Shown here in pieces: positions 1-10,450 of a DNA stretch of 64,000 nt; position 1 is the first letter of the stretch; every line of letters starts with the position of its first letter. A program made the translations under genes and the position numbers. Below the pieces are notes generated by a model, which was given only the letters and a program-made list of their open reading frames with translations, ran no database searches and was not told the origin of the DNA. The DNA comes from Azolla caroliniana (lineage: Eukaryota > Plantae > Polypodiophyta), in contig JBHGNT010000009.1 of assembly GCA_043228905.1 (NCBI GenBank), forward strand, positions 15,996,001 through 16,060,000, in the 5' to 3' direction.

Positions 1-380
1 AGCCAAAATGGAGAGGTCTTCGAAGCGAGAGAAGCATTTGCATTGGCAGAGATAATAGCCTTTATCTGTCAATAACAAAGGTGATTGGATCGTGGTCGAT
101 GAGTACAGATCCTAAGTGCAAAACAAATTGCTATTGCCTGATCTATTGTAACACCTTTGTAATGTCCTAGTTGGGGGCCCATTTGTGTAGCCCTTGATTG
201 AATTGTAGCATGAGTGGGAGTGATAGGGCTAAAGGAAGTTGTGATTATTCTTTGTCGATGAGCTTTTGTGGCTGTATTGTGGTCTTCCAACAATATCTTC
301 TTGTGTCTCTTTAGTTCTAGCAAGAAATGCCCCAAGCACCATTGGTCCTCATTTTCTATTGCCTTGCATAGTGGGCAAAA
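1..380 (-). mobile_element. RTE/RTEX-like LINE fragment (ORF2 end plus 3' UTR)
   Basis: Reverse complement of the 41200-41580 region of the long copy. Confidence 0.8.
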
Positions 381-389
381 GCCCTCCTA

Positions 390-930
390 TTGTTTAATCC
401 CTCCTATGTCTTAAACCCCATAATTGTTTTTAGTTTCTATATCTCTACCTATAGATATTTCAGAAAACTGTCATTCTATCTTCTACTTCCTTACAACTGG
501 TATCAGAGCAAGCGTTGAATCCTCCCAGGATCTCCATTGTTTAGTCACGCCTTTGATAAAGTGCCTGATGATAAGTCTTTCTTTGATGTGTGTAAAACGT
601 CTCTTATTGTGGGCCATCTTCCTACCAAGAGATGTTGTAGGGCTGATCCATGTTATTCAGTTTTCCAACTCGATATCAGTTTGGATCACTCTATTCTTTT
701 CCAACAAATGCTGATGTGACAGCTCAGTTATGGCCTCATAAATACATAATTAAGTCCGACTGGGAATATTGTCCAAGGGTCACATTCAGTGTACAACATT
801 TTATTTTAGGATTTGTACTACAATTCTGGAAACGAGACTGTACAATTCTAACAGATATCAGAAAATTTTAATTATATAAAAAATATTTTTCTGGTTTGTT
901 AGGAGCAACCTAAGGGCCATCAATCCCAAC
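390..930. mobile_element. Rearranged copia LTR/PBS fragment of the same family as 30660-35751, interleaved with LINE sequence
   Basis: 390-555 is U5 + PBS TGGTATCAGAGC (498-509) + leader in + orientation. 556-705 is LINE (-). 706-930 is U3 in - orientation, ending ATCCCAACA. Confidence 0.75.
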
Positions 931-1240
931 AGCCTTCCTTGTAATCGACAAAACAAAGCTATTATCTCCCACCATTGCATGTGCTTCCCTACCTTTCAGA
1001 GATCTCTCCATTTTGGACTGGCCTATGCTAGATACCTTTCGAATTAAAAAATTATGATCTATCTGACTTGAGAATCTCAAATATATAGATAACAGGATTC
1101 TTTAGTGCTTAGCTTATTTTGTTACGATTGTTTTGGTTTGTTGTTCTCAAAGATGAGACCACATTCTAAGGTATAATCTATTGTTTCATCTTATAGGTCA
1201 TTTTGGCCTCTTAAATTATGTTAATATATCTTTCTTTATT
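931..1240 (+). mobile_element. RTE/RTEX-like LINE 3' end
   Basis: Matches the 3' UTR at 41500-41725 and ends TATATCTTTTCTTT. Confidence 0.8.
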
Positions 1241-1548
1241 TCTGATAATATGCAGAATGAAGAGAAACTAATATATAGTGTACCATCTTGAAGTATCATA
1301 TGCATTATAAAAGCCGGATAAGAGAAGTTTGATATTTGGAAATGTACATGATAAATCACCTGCCCTTTACACTATTCATGCACGTCATCTGAATGTATCC
1401 TTTTCTTTTTTTATAAACTACTTGTTTCAGCTGGCTATATAGAATATCTGGCCAATTTTCCCAGCTTTATTTTAATTAACTTGTCTGCTTGCATCACCAC
1501 ATGGTTTGGGAAGATTAGATTAATCTTTTGTCAATGATTTATTTGCAG

Positions 1549-4500
1549 AATGCTGAATAACAATAATTTTACAGGAGAAATCCCTAGTTCACTAGCGAAT
1601 ATTGCCGACAGTCTGACTAATCTGTAAGTCTTTCATTAACTAAGTGTCAGACACAATAAAATGGTATTGAACTGCTGGTAAGGTAGGACTTGGGGTTATA
1701 GATTATCTGATTGTAGAAATTTTAGGCTACTTTGATTGTTTTTCATTGTAGCAATTCATCATTTATATTGAGCTCATCTTTTTCTGAAATGTCTGAGAGT
1801 ATCATGTCTGAGGTGCACAAATAAAAAAAGATAGAAACCTAGAAAATGTAAAGCATGTCGGAAGTTGACCTTTGGTCTCTACAAAAAGATTGTAAAGATA
1901 AGACTGATGATTGATTGTATTTTGTGTGAAAGCATCTGTAAATCTTGGATTTGGCCTGTGCTTTTGGATGCTCAATTGCATTGACATTGGGGCACATGTG
2001 GTCTTCATAATATTCATGCTTCCTCCATATCAGCCTTCTGGATTGGATATGTCCTGGAAGCAGTCAGGATTTATGTCACAGAGCTTCCTTTGCAAGAGAT
2101 TTGATCAGAGTGAAATCTGACATGTTAATTAGTTGTATTCCAGGAAATGTATCCCATGATGGTTGGTTTTTTTTGTAAAGCATATTTAAGTCCTGGAAGT
2201 AAAGCTTCTTTGCAGCCGCAGTAGTGATCTTTATGATATTCACAGTTTCATTGTGTTGTTGTGGATTTAATGTACACCTGTATCTCTAATCACTTGCTTT
2301 TAGCTTATCTTAACTTAGTTCTAATATGCTCATGTTCCATGGCACAAGTTTCAGCTGATTTAGTTTTAAGTTATCACTGGTCAGTTATTCAGCCTCCATG
2401 CTCTGCCTATTTATGGATTTTTGGGGAATTGGATTTGCTTTCCATGATTTACAAATTCCCTATAATTTTGTTATAATTTGTTTGTATATTATGGACCTGA
2501 TTTAGTTTCTGATTTGAGTTTCATCATAACCTTCAAATTCCATTTTGTAGTAGTGTTTCATTGTTGTTTCAGCATTTTATTATGTTTCAATCGTGATACA
2601 TGCATGGGGTCTTGTGAACTGTGGTCTATAGGTCTGCTAACCATGCACCTGATCCCCTGCTTGATGTGCAGCTGAAGTGCTATGTGATCCTTGTCCAAAT
2701 TTTAATTTCATCTCACCATATCCTTTAAACTACTTCAACATAATACTCAAATCAACTGGCATAGCCCCGCTACTAGCTCTGATACAAATCTCAAAGTTTC
2801 ACCATGGTTTTCTTTTCACTTGATGATGAAAATGAATGAATGAAAGAAATAGCTGATGAAATGAAAGAAAGATATATTAAGGTCTTTTAAGAGGCCAAAA
2901 TGGCCAATAAGTCCAAACAAGTGATTACATCTTAAGTGTTGTCTCGTCTTTGAGAACAACAAATCAAAATGAAATAAATATTACGAAGTAAATATAAAAA
3001 TAAATAAGGTAAAAAGAGACTACAAAATCTGGTTTTCGGCCCATGTAAGATTCTCAAGTCAGATATATTATAACTTTTGTCTTCGAAAGATCTCTAGCAT
3101 AGGTTGATCTAGAATGGAGAGGTCTCCGAAGCGAGGGAAGCACCTGCGATGGTGGGAGATAATGGCCTTTATCTATCAATGACAAGGGTGGTGAGATCGT
3201 GGTCCATGGGGCTGGGGCCTACATGCACGACAAATTACTATTGCCCGATATATTTTAACCCTTTTGTTATGTCTTGTGAATTGCCAATGGTTTCTTGTGA
3301 TTTGTCCTATTAAGATTTTTTGTGAAATAATATTTGATAGGGATCCCTGATGTACATCATTTTATTTGTGATTGTCATTTAATTCAACATAGTTGTTTAC
3401 ATTACTATAAGTGTGATGGTTTGTGGCTAATGTTTAAAATTAATTAATATTTACAGGGATCTGTCTAGTAATAGCTTGGTTGGACAAATTCCTCTTGGAC
3501 TTTTCAAAATTCAAAGCTTCAAGTAAGCAAGTTAATAGGTCCTATCTTGCTTTTAAGTGTAGAGCTTCTATTGTTTCACATAATTGAGCTTTTCCTTGTT
3601 GTGTCAGCTTCACTGGAAATAACCTTGATTGTGGCGCTAACAACTCTCATCAATGCCAGTCCAGCTCTCTCTCACCGAGCAATAGTAGTAATGTTGTTTC
3701 ATATGTAGTTTTTCAGTATTGGAGAGCTTTGAACCTTAGGTCTAAGATGGATTTTCTGGCTAGCTTCAACATCATCTACAAAAGCAGCCGTTGGTGGAGT
3801 CATTGCTGCAGCATTCATTGTTTTTGGAGTTGTTATTGCCCTTATATTCATTGAACGACGCCGTCGCAAAGGAATACTACTCAGAAAAGAGGTTTTTGTT
3901 GATGTTCCAGGTATGGCAAACCACCGAAATTTACTATTATCAGTTTTTTGACTTTCCAGGAATTTATGAAAGAAAAAGAGAGAGAAAGCAAAGGTAAAAG
4001 AAATATGCTTTTTTAATGGGAATAAAATTCATGAAACATGTGCCAGGAAAGATAATGAAGTGGAGGTGAGAACCAACAATCCGCAACGGTTCAGTTCAGT
4101 TCAAGAATGTCCAAAACGAACCGTTTTAAAATTTTGAAACTTGAACTGAACCAAATCAAACCGTTACAAAAATATCTAAACCATTAAACCGCTAAAACTG
4201 CAGTTTTGTGGTTTGGTTTCGGTTTTCAATTTTAAAATTTTTCATTATTTCAAATTTAAAATTTTACAAACTTTAAAGATTATTCCTAAAATGTGAGAAT
4301 TAGCTTTAAAATGAAAAGGTTATTAATAAAAAAGATTAATTTAAAAAATAATTTAAAATTTTAAAAACCATCAAACCGTTTAAACCATGGTTTCAAACCA
4401 TTTAAACTGAACAAAACCAAAATCGAACCGTTTAAAAAAACTTGAACCTAAACCAAACCGTTTAAACCGCAGTTTCGCGGTTCGGTTTGGTTCACCAAAC

Positions 4501-6444
4501 CATTGCCGATTGTTACGGAGAACCCGCAACAAATCCTTTTAGAGAAGTGATCAAGGGGCACTATATCCTTTGAGTTTTGACTTGGGAAGAATTTAAAGAA
4601 TCTTAATGTAGTTTTCACTATATACCACCTACATCTCTTGACTTGTAAGTGATGATTGACTACATGACCGGCCTGAAGTAATGACCTGTTTTATTTTGGT
4701 TACTGTTGAGAAACCTCTTATTTTCTGTTTAGGTAATGGTAAAGTAACTGGCATCTTCACGATCTCCTTGTATGAGGTTTTAAAGTGTTACTAGGATTTC
4801 TCTAAAAGCTTGAATTATTATAACAGAATTTTTCACTTGATAGCATGTCTAACATCTTATGATCAATATCTTCTCATGAAAATCATCATACTTACGATCA
4901 TTTTGCCACCTCGACATGAAGAAAAAATTTATTCCATATATATGCATAGGATCAGGGTTTAGCACAATCCTTTCAACTTCAAATAATTCTAATATTTTTC
5001 AGATTAGATTCATTGGGTGTTCTACAAAACTATGAGTAATGTCACCAAAAGTTATTTTCGATTGTGATGGGTCCATTTTTGTTTGCAGCTGAAGATGATT
5101 TTAAGATAGCTTTTGGACAGTTGAAGAAATTTTCGTGGAGAGAGCTGCAGACGGCAACAAATGACTTCAGCGAGTCAAATGTGATTGGGCAAGGAGCATT
5201 TGCAAGGGTTTATAAGGGTGTCCTTAATGATGGTGCAGAAATAGCAGTAAAGCGTTTGTTTACCACCACCAGTGAGGATGGAGGTGAAGCGTCATTTCTG
5301 CAGGAAATAGAGATGATTAGTGTGGCAGTGCATCGGAACCTATTGCATTTGATAGGATTTTGCATCACATCATCAGAGCGGATTCTTGTCTATCCCTATA
5401 TGCCAAACAAGAGTGTCGCCCACTGCCTAAGAGGTGAATTTAGTGAATGCTTTCCGAAATCCTTTCTAGGAACTATAACTAAGAGGTGGAGTGTTGCAGG
5501 TAGAAAGAAAGGAGAACCAGGATTAGATTGGAATGTGCGGAAGAAGATCTCCTTAGGAGCAGCCCGTGGGTTAGAGTATCTACATCATTATTGTAACCCC
5601 AAGATAATCCATAGGGATGTTAAGGCTGCAAATGTATTATTAACTCAAGATTATGAGGCTGTTGTTTCTGACTTTGGGCTGGCCAAACTATTGGATCCAA
5701 TGAACACCCATGTGACAACAGTTGTAGCAGGCACAATGGGGCATATAGCTCCAGAATATCTTTCAACTGGTAAATCATCAGAGAAGACTGATGTTTTCGG
5801 CTACGGAGTGATGCTCCTTGAACTTGTAACAGGGCAGAGAGCAATCGACTTTTCTCGGCTTCAAGAAGAAGATGAAGTTTTACTCTTGGATCATGTAACC
5901 CATTTCTAATTTTCAATGAATTATCACTTGGAACTGCCCCTTACCTTTTGGGTACATACCAGAATAACTCTAGGTTTTCAAGAACGACCAGAATAGCCCT
6001 CTGAATTAACTTGTACAGTAGAAGGGTATATTGGTAATGTTTTGGAAACTGAAGGTTATTCTGGTATTTTTGCATTTTGTCCTTTTAGAGTACTTATTTG
6101 TGCAAAGCTGCTTGATTTTTAAAAAACAGGTCAAAAAGCTGCAGCATGAGAAGAGGCTCGATATGATAGTCGATCCAGCTTTGCTAGAATATGATGTTAA
6201 AGAGGTGGAGCAAATGATACAAGTAGCACTGCTATGCTCCCAACCAAGCCCTGAGGAGAGACCTAACATGGCTGAAGTTGTAAGGATGCTTAGTGGGGAA
6301 GGACTTGCAGAGAGGTGGGAAGAATGGCAACAAGTAGAAGTAATCCGCAGACAAGAATATGATGCCATGCCACAAAGATTGGCTGAATGGGTTGAAGATT
6401 CAACAGTCAATCAAGAAGCTGTGCAACTTTCTTCAGCAAGATAA
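1549..6444 (+). CDS. LRR receptor-like kinase, LRR-II subfamily (SERK-related, At5g10290/At5g65240-like); 5' exons lie upstream of the window
   Basis: GT-AG exons 1549-1623 ([14 protein letters not shown]), 3457-3522 ([12 protein letters not shown]), 3608-3687 (FTGNNLDCG), 3764-3910 (TM helix plus [12 protein letters not shown]), 5089-5433, 5500-5894, 6130-6444. Motifs: [45 protein letters not shown]-terminal QLSSAR*. Exon phases are compatible. Confidence 0.95.
1770..2790 (-). mobile_element. Highly decayed copia gag/leader remnant
   Basis: PBS-like GCTCTGATAC at about 2776 and a degenerate zinc-knuckle-like translation. Weak evidence. Confidence 0.35.
2862..3272 (-). mobile_element. RTE/RTEX-like LINE 3' end
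   Basis: GAAAGAAAGATATATTAA..TTTTAAGAGGCCAAAATGGCC is the reverse complement of the family 3' end. Confidence 0.85.
4074..4515. mobile_element. Non-autonomous hAT-type MITE
   Basis: TIRs AACAATCCGCAACGGTT / AACCATTGCCGATTGTT, AAACCG subterminal repeats, degenerate 8-bp TSD GTGAGAAC/CGGAGAAC. Confidence 0.75.
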
Positions 6445-7481
6445 GACATTACATGACACTGTACCTACATATTGTGTACACATGAGCCAGATCTGTTTCC
6501 ATGCTTAGGAATTGCACTCTTGCAATTTTGAATGAGGAAAACGGTATAGATGAATGTGATATGCCTTCATCTCCTATGTATGTATCATTAAGAGAAGCTT
6601 TCAAGGGAAGAAAATATGCACCATTTATTATAGAGGATCGAATATGCTTTACCGTGAGTAGTGTGGCAGTCACACTCCAATGTACCATTGTATAACACAT
6701 TTTTTTAATTTAGGGTAAAATACCACCTTCAGTTTACTTCATTGCAGGCACTACTTTTATATTACTTCTGTTTCCTAGAATATGAATTCATTTCTCCAGT
6801 ATTCATTCTATTGTTTTCAAATTTTCTTGCAGGTGCATCAATTTGCATTTACTGCAAACTATCAAAGCATCTTCTTTTGCTATAATCCTATCATAAATAG
6901 AGCTTACTACTGCCAAAGATTGCCCATTACCAAGACAGTTGTCTGTGCAGACGAGTTAGACGACACAGTAAGTTTGAACTTTCAGTACATGTTTAATAAT
7001 TCAACTTCATTGCACAAAGCAATCGTTCTTAAAAGCTACGTCTAAGTAAAGTTCCAAAGACCATAACGCTTATCTGCTAAGAGAGTCTAACAGAACTCAC
7101 TCACATTAAGACATATCTTCGGATTACATTTTAGAGATGCGGCGAGCTACCTACTTCCTATATTCCGGTAACCTTGCCAAATCAAGCGATTTCACACCTC
7201 CGTATGGCTAAGACAATATGTACGATCCCCACAACAAATATCTTCATTTCAAATCGAACGTTACCAAGCTGTTTGAATATCACGTCTAACCGATTTCGCT
7301 TTTTCACTATATTATCTTAATTCAATTGTAAAAGGTTGGTTTTCGGACAGATTATGCATGTGGCAAATGAAACAAAGATAATGTGCAACTCCTTACATGA
7401 TTAACGTTTGGAACTTTAAAATGAAAATCCAGTTTTGAAAGCTGCCATTTATTGTCAAAATGGCCTTAAATACATTGACTT

Positions 7482-7628
7482 CTCTCCCAAGGGTGACAGA
7501 TATGTCTAGATTGATAAGCGCGCGTGTATATGAGTTTGAATAGTCTTGATATTTGCCTCTCCCAAGGGTTACAGCCATGTCTAGATTGCTAAGCACGGAT
7601 ATGTGTATATATGAGTTTGAATAGTCTT
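7482..7628. repeat. Diverged tandem duplication of about 75 bp
   Basis: CTCTCCCAAGGGT..ATGTCTAGATTG..TATATGAGTTTGAATAGTCTT at 7482-7547 and 7557-7628. Confidence 0.85.
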
Positions 7629-7994
7629 CTATCAAGACAAGAGCAAATCCTAAGTATCCCTGTCACGAGATTGTTCCTAAATTTTGGCTTCGATGGCAAT
7701 GTCTATTAAGTCAAAGTACTGCCTCAATACAAACCACACATGTTTGAGACTGTCACCGCCGGAGAATGTAGACCTCGCAGTGTCACTGGAGGAACGGTAA
7801 CTACATTACGCCAATTCTATACTTAAAGCCTCGATTGCCACAAAAAATATCGAATCAGAAGAAACCCAAATTGCAGCGGTTCCCATGTCAGAAGAGAGAT
7901 ATGGAGGAACCCAAATTCACAAGGCGCTGATTAGAAGGAACCAATCAGCAGAGTGGCAATAACATGGAAAGGCAGGAAGCCACCAGAAGAGGAA

Positions 7995-8078
7995 GCATCA
8001 GATCTCCAAGGTTAGCAGTATCATTTGCAAATCAACATCAACGATAGAACAATTCCCATTTAGGGTATCCTCAGTTGC
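7995..8078 (-). ncRNA. Box C/D snoRNA, U55-like paralog of the snoR15-like gene
   Basis: GCA-A-CTGAGGA (C) ... ATTGTTCTATCG-TTGA (D') ... ATGATA (C') ... AACCTTGGAGAT-CTGA (D) -TGC. The D guide is complementary to LSU GUCUCCAAGGU; the upstream element is complementary to LSU CGAUAGAACAAU. Confidence 0.8.
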
Positions 8079-8214
8079 TTTCTTCCCTAGGGCGAGACTT
8101 CCGATCATTTCAGTTCATGCGATGTATTAGAGCCTCAAAAGGCCAAGTTGAAATTGCACGATCTTGTCTCTAATCCAAAGACATTGCACACTAGTGCGTC
8201 CTTGGCCCTCTGTA

Positions 8215-8298
8215 GGCATCAGATATCCAAGGTTTAGCATCATGCACAGATGTGTCAGATGCAAATTACCCATTAGTTTTTCAGATTCCTCATTTGCC
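8215..8298 (-). ncRNA. Box C/D snoRNA, snoR15-like dual guide (U16-type SSU Am site plus U55-type LSU Cm site)
   Basis: GGCA-A-ATGAGGA (C) ... TGGGTAATTTGCAT-CTGA (D') ... ATGATG (C') ... AACCTTGGATAT-CTGA (D) -TGCC. The D' guide is complementary to SSU GCAAAUUACCCA; the D guide to LSU GUCUCCAAGGU (one mismatch). Terminal stem GGCA/TGCC. Confidence 0.88.
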
Positions 8299-8415
8299 AT
8301 GAGCAAGATGTAGAGCTCGTGTACATTTACAGTGTAAGGAAAAACAAAATGCTCCAATGAGAGAAAGCAGGCAGCTATAGTCCGAGCAAGAAAACATACA
8401 GGAAGCTAGACAAAG

Positions 8416-8532
8416 AGAGATCAGACTGACGTGCAATTCTCCTCATTGAGAGGTAGGGTTTCTTCACCTTTTAACGAGTGAGTACTTTGGCCCCTACCAC
8501 TTAGAAATCGTCCATTGTTTTCGTCATATCTC
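8416..8532 (-). ncRNA. Box C/D snoRNA, snoR72Y/snR72-like (guide for LSU rRNA 2'-O-methylation at the A of CUGAC)
   Basis: Minus strand: AGAGAGAT-ATGACGA (C) ... ATGAGGA (C') -GAATTGCACGTCAGT-CTGA (D) -TCTCTCT, with a terminal stem. The 12-nt guide is complementary to conserved LSU ACUGACGUGCAA; the D+5 rule gives the A in CUGAC. Internal GGTAGGG/CCCTACC stem. Confidence 0.85.
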
Positions 8533-8773
8533 TCTGAGAAACATAGAAGACGATGCATTTGTCTACCACGGTTCTAACCTCTGGTATCCGTAAGCTTAAT
8601 CGACTGAAGCTAATAAGAAAGATCAGTGGGGTATCATCTAAACTCCAGAGAATCTCCATAGCATGCTAAAATTACAGCAAAGCATATGTTAATATCATAG
8701 TTTCCGAGTCTAAGCACAATCTCGACAATAACAGATAAGGAGGAAAACACAACAAACACACAGACGAAACAAT

Positions 8774-8830
8774 ATCTTCAGTGAATGGATTTCCTGCTAA
8801 GTCGCCTAACATCATCCTCTTCATTACCCC
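8774..8830 (-). ncRNA. Possible short box C/D snoRNA, first in the cluster
   Basis: ATGAAGA/ATGATG box-like motifs, then AATCCATTCA-CTGA. The 10-nt element is complementary to LSU UGAAUGGAUU. No clear terminal stem, and it is short. Confidence 0.3.
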
Positions 8831-8888
8831 AAAGCCCCTCTCTCTCTCTGCGTCACAGCGTGAGACTGAAACTGCGACCCACATTCGC

Positions 8889-9121
8889 TTTTTAAATGCG
8901 ATACAGGCTATGTTTTCTAGGGTTAGGGTTAGGGTTAGGGTTAGGGTTTAGGGAGCGATCCAAATGGTTTCAAACGTGTCCGCCCACAATGCTTGAGTTT
9001 TCACACTAATAATGCGAATGCAAAAACCACCCCGTGTAACGCGTCACTTAGACACACACGACCCTTCCTTCTATCAACTCGACTCAGACACAGACATAGA
9101 CCCAAACCCAGACCCAGACCC
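8889..9121 (-). promoter_or_regulatory. Putative snoRNA-cluster promoter: site II-like motifs, telo-box array, TATA-like element
   Basis: On the minus strand: TGGGTC/TGGGTT repeats (about 9098-9121), a CCCTAAA(CCCTAA)n array (8918-8953), then ATTTAAAAA (8889-8897), directly upstream of the snoRNAs. Telo-box plus site II is the known architecture of plant ribosome-biogenesis and snoRNA promoters. Confidence 0.65.
8918..8953. repeat. Interstitial telomere-like repeat: TAGGG(TTAGGG)4TTTAGGG
   Basis: Direct reading. Confidence 0.95.
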
Positions 9122-9879
9122 GTTGGAGAAGTTAGTCCTAGGCCTCTCACTCCATTGAAAAGATCATCAAATCACACACACATGTGTCGTTTGAGCACAC
9201 TAGAATGTAGCTAGCTTGTCCAAGTTGAACCAAGAATAAGGAACGTCCATGCGAGACTCGCATTCATTCATTGAGCATGTCTTATCAACGTTGTCGATTC
9301 GATTTTTGTACATGGGGTGGCCAATGATTGTTTGCTTATGTATTCATCAAAGGTCGGACGCATATATTACACACGTATATCCTTATTTACACACGTACTC
9401 GTGTGCATAAACTTACACCTATACATACTCACTCACTCACTCAAACACATTCAGATACTTCTTCGCATCGGTTTTTATTCTTCATGATTTTGCATAGCCG
9501 ATGAACATGCAAATTTAATATGTTTTCTCTATTTGGTCAAGCATGAGGATCTAGCTTTGTTCTTTTCTCTGCTAAGATATGGTTGCACACAATATACAAA
9601 ATTGATCAACATGTGGTTTATGGAAAACCGCATTACATATGGAGTGTTGAGACCTAATACTTCGTGACGTGAAATGTTTTGTAGATAGCAAGTGGTGCCA
9701 ATAATGTCTTGCCAAAATTACTTGGAACATGCTTCAACTCAGATCAACAACCATTCTAATTTTTCATTTTTGTGGTGGATTGTAAAGGATGATATGTTCA
9801 TGAAAAACTTGGTCCATTCACATATTTCTTCTAATTTTGGTGATCTTACTTTCACATTGATTTTGACTCTAGCTTTGTA

Positions 9880-10450
9880 GGTTATGAAAGATTTGAAGCC
9901 TCCTCTTTAGGAGAACATAAGCTTGGAAATCTAGTAAAATCATCTATAAAAGAGATGAATCCTTTGTTGCCATCCAATCGAATAGTTAGCATTGGTTCAC
10001 ATAGACTAGAATGAATTGATTGCAATGGTCTCTCCGTTTTGTTATATTGTGTGGAAACTTTCACTTTGTTGATATTGTTTTCCATAAATGTATCCTTCAC
10101 ATAAGAACATGTATTTACGGAGTTGTTGGAATGCCTTCAAAATAGTTCATGGATTTTAGTTCAAAGTGATAATTTCAAAGAAGTAGAGGATCAATGATGA
10201 GGTTTCCTTATGGTGTATGGGCTTGGGTTGATGTTTGATATCTTATTTGATGAGGGTACAGACGACCAAGTTTTGGGCATGAAGTTTGAGGATTCCTCTA
10301 GTTGGTAATTGATGTCATATTATTGCACAATTGAAGTGAAAATTTATTATGGTCCATTACTTGTGGCTTCACTTACAACATAATAGACATTTAGAATGTT
10401 AACTGGCTTTATTTTATTTATTGATAGGGTCACTCCTCCTTTACTAATGG
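9880..10450 (-). mobile_element. Very old copia integrase remnant
   Basis: ORF 9882-10100 reads LQSIHSSLCEPM..GFISFIDDFTR, resembling the integrase core start. Confidence 0.5.

Noticed and set aside
5064-5909. ORF-track 281-aa kinase and 6031-6444 as separate genes
   Set aside because: They are exons plus read-through introns of one spliced RLK.
6449-7045. Short ORFs downstream of the RLK stop
   Set aside because: No recognisable motifs; consistent with 3' UTR or intergenic sequence.
8618-8703. Additional C/D snoRNA (ATGATAT ... CTGA on the minus strand)
   Set aside because: The C box is non-canonical and I could not identify a convincing guide of 10 nt or more; left uncalled.
8440-8960. 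Telomerase RNA gene, suggested by CCCTAA motifs and a USE-like GACCCACATTCG at about 8876
   Set aside because: USE-TATA spacing is wrong, the repeats are multi-copy rather than a 1.5-unit template, and the AAACCCTAC at about 8455 is part of a snoRNA stem.
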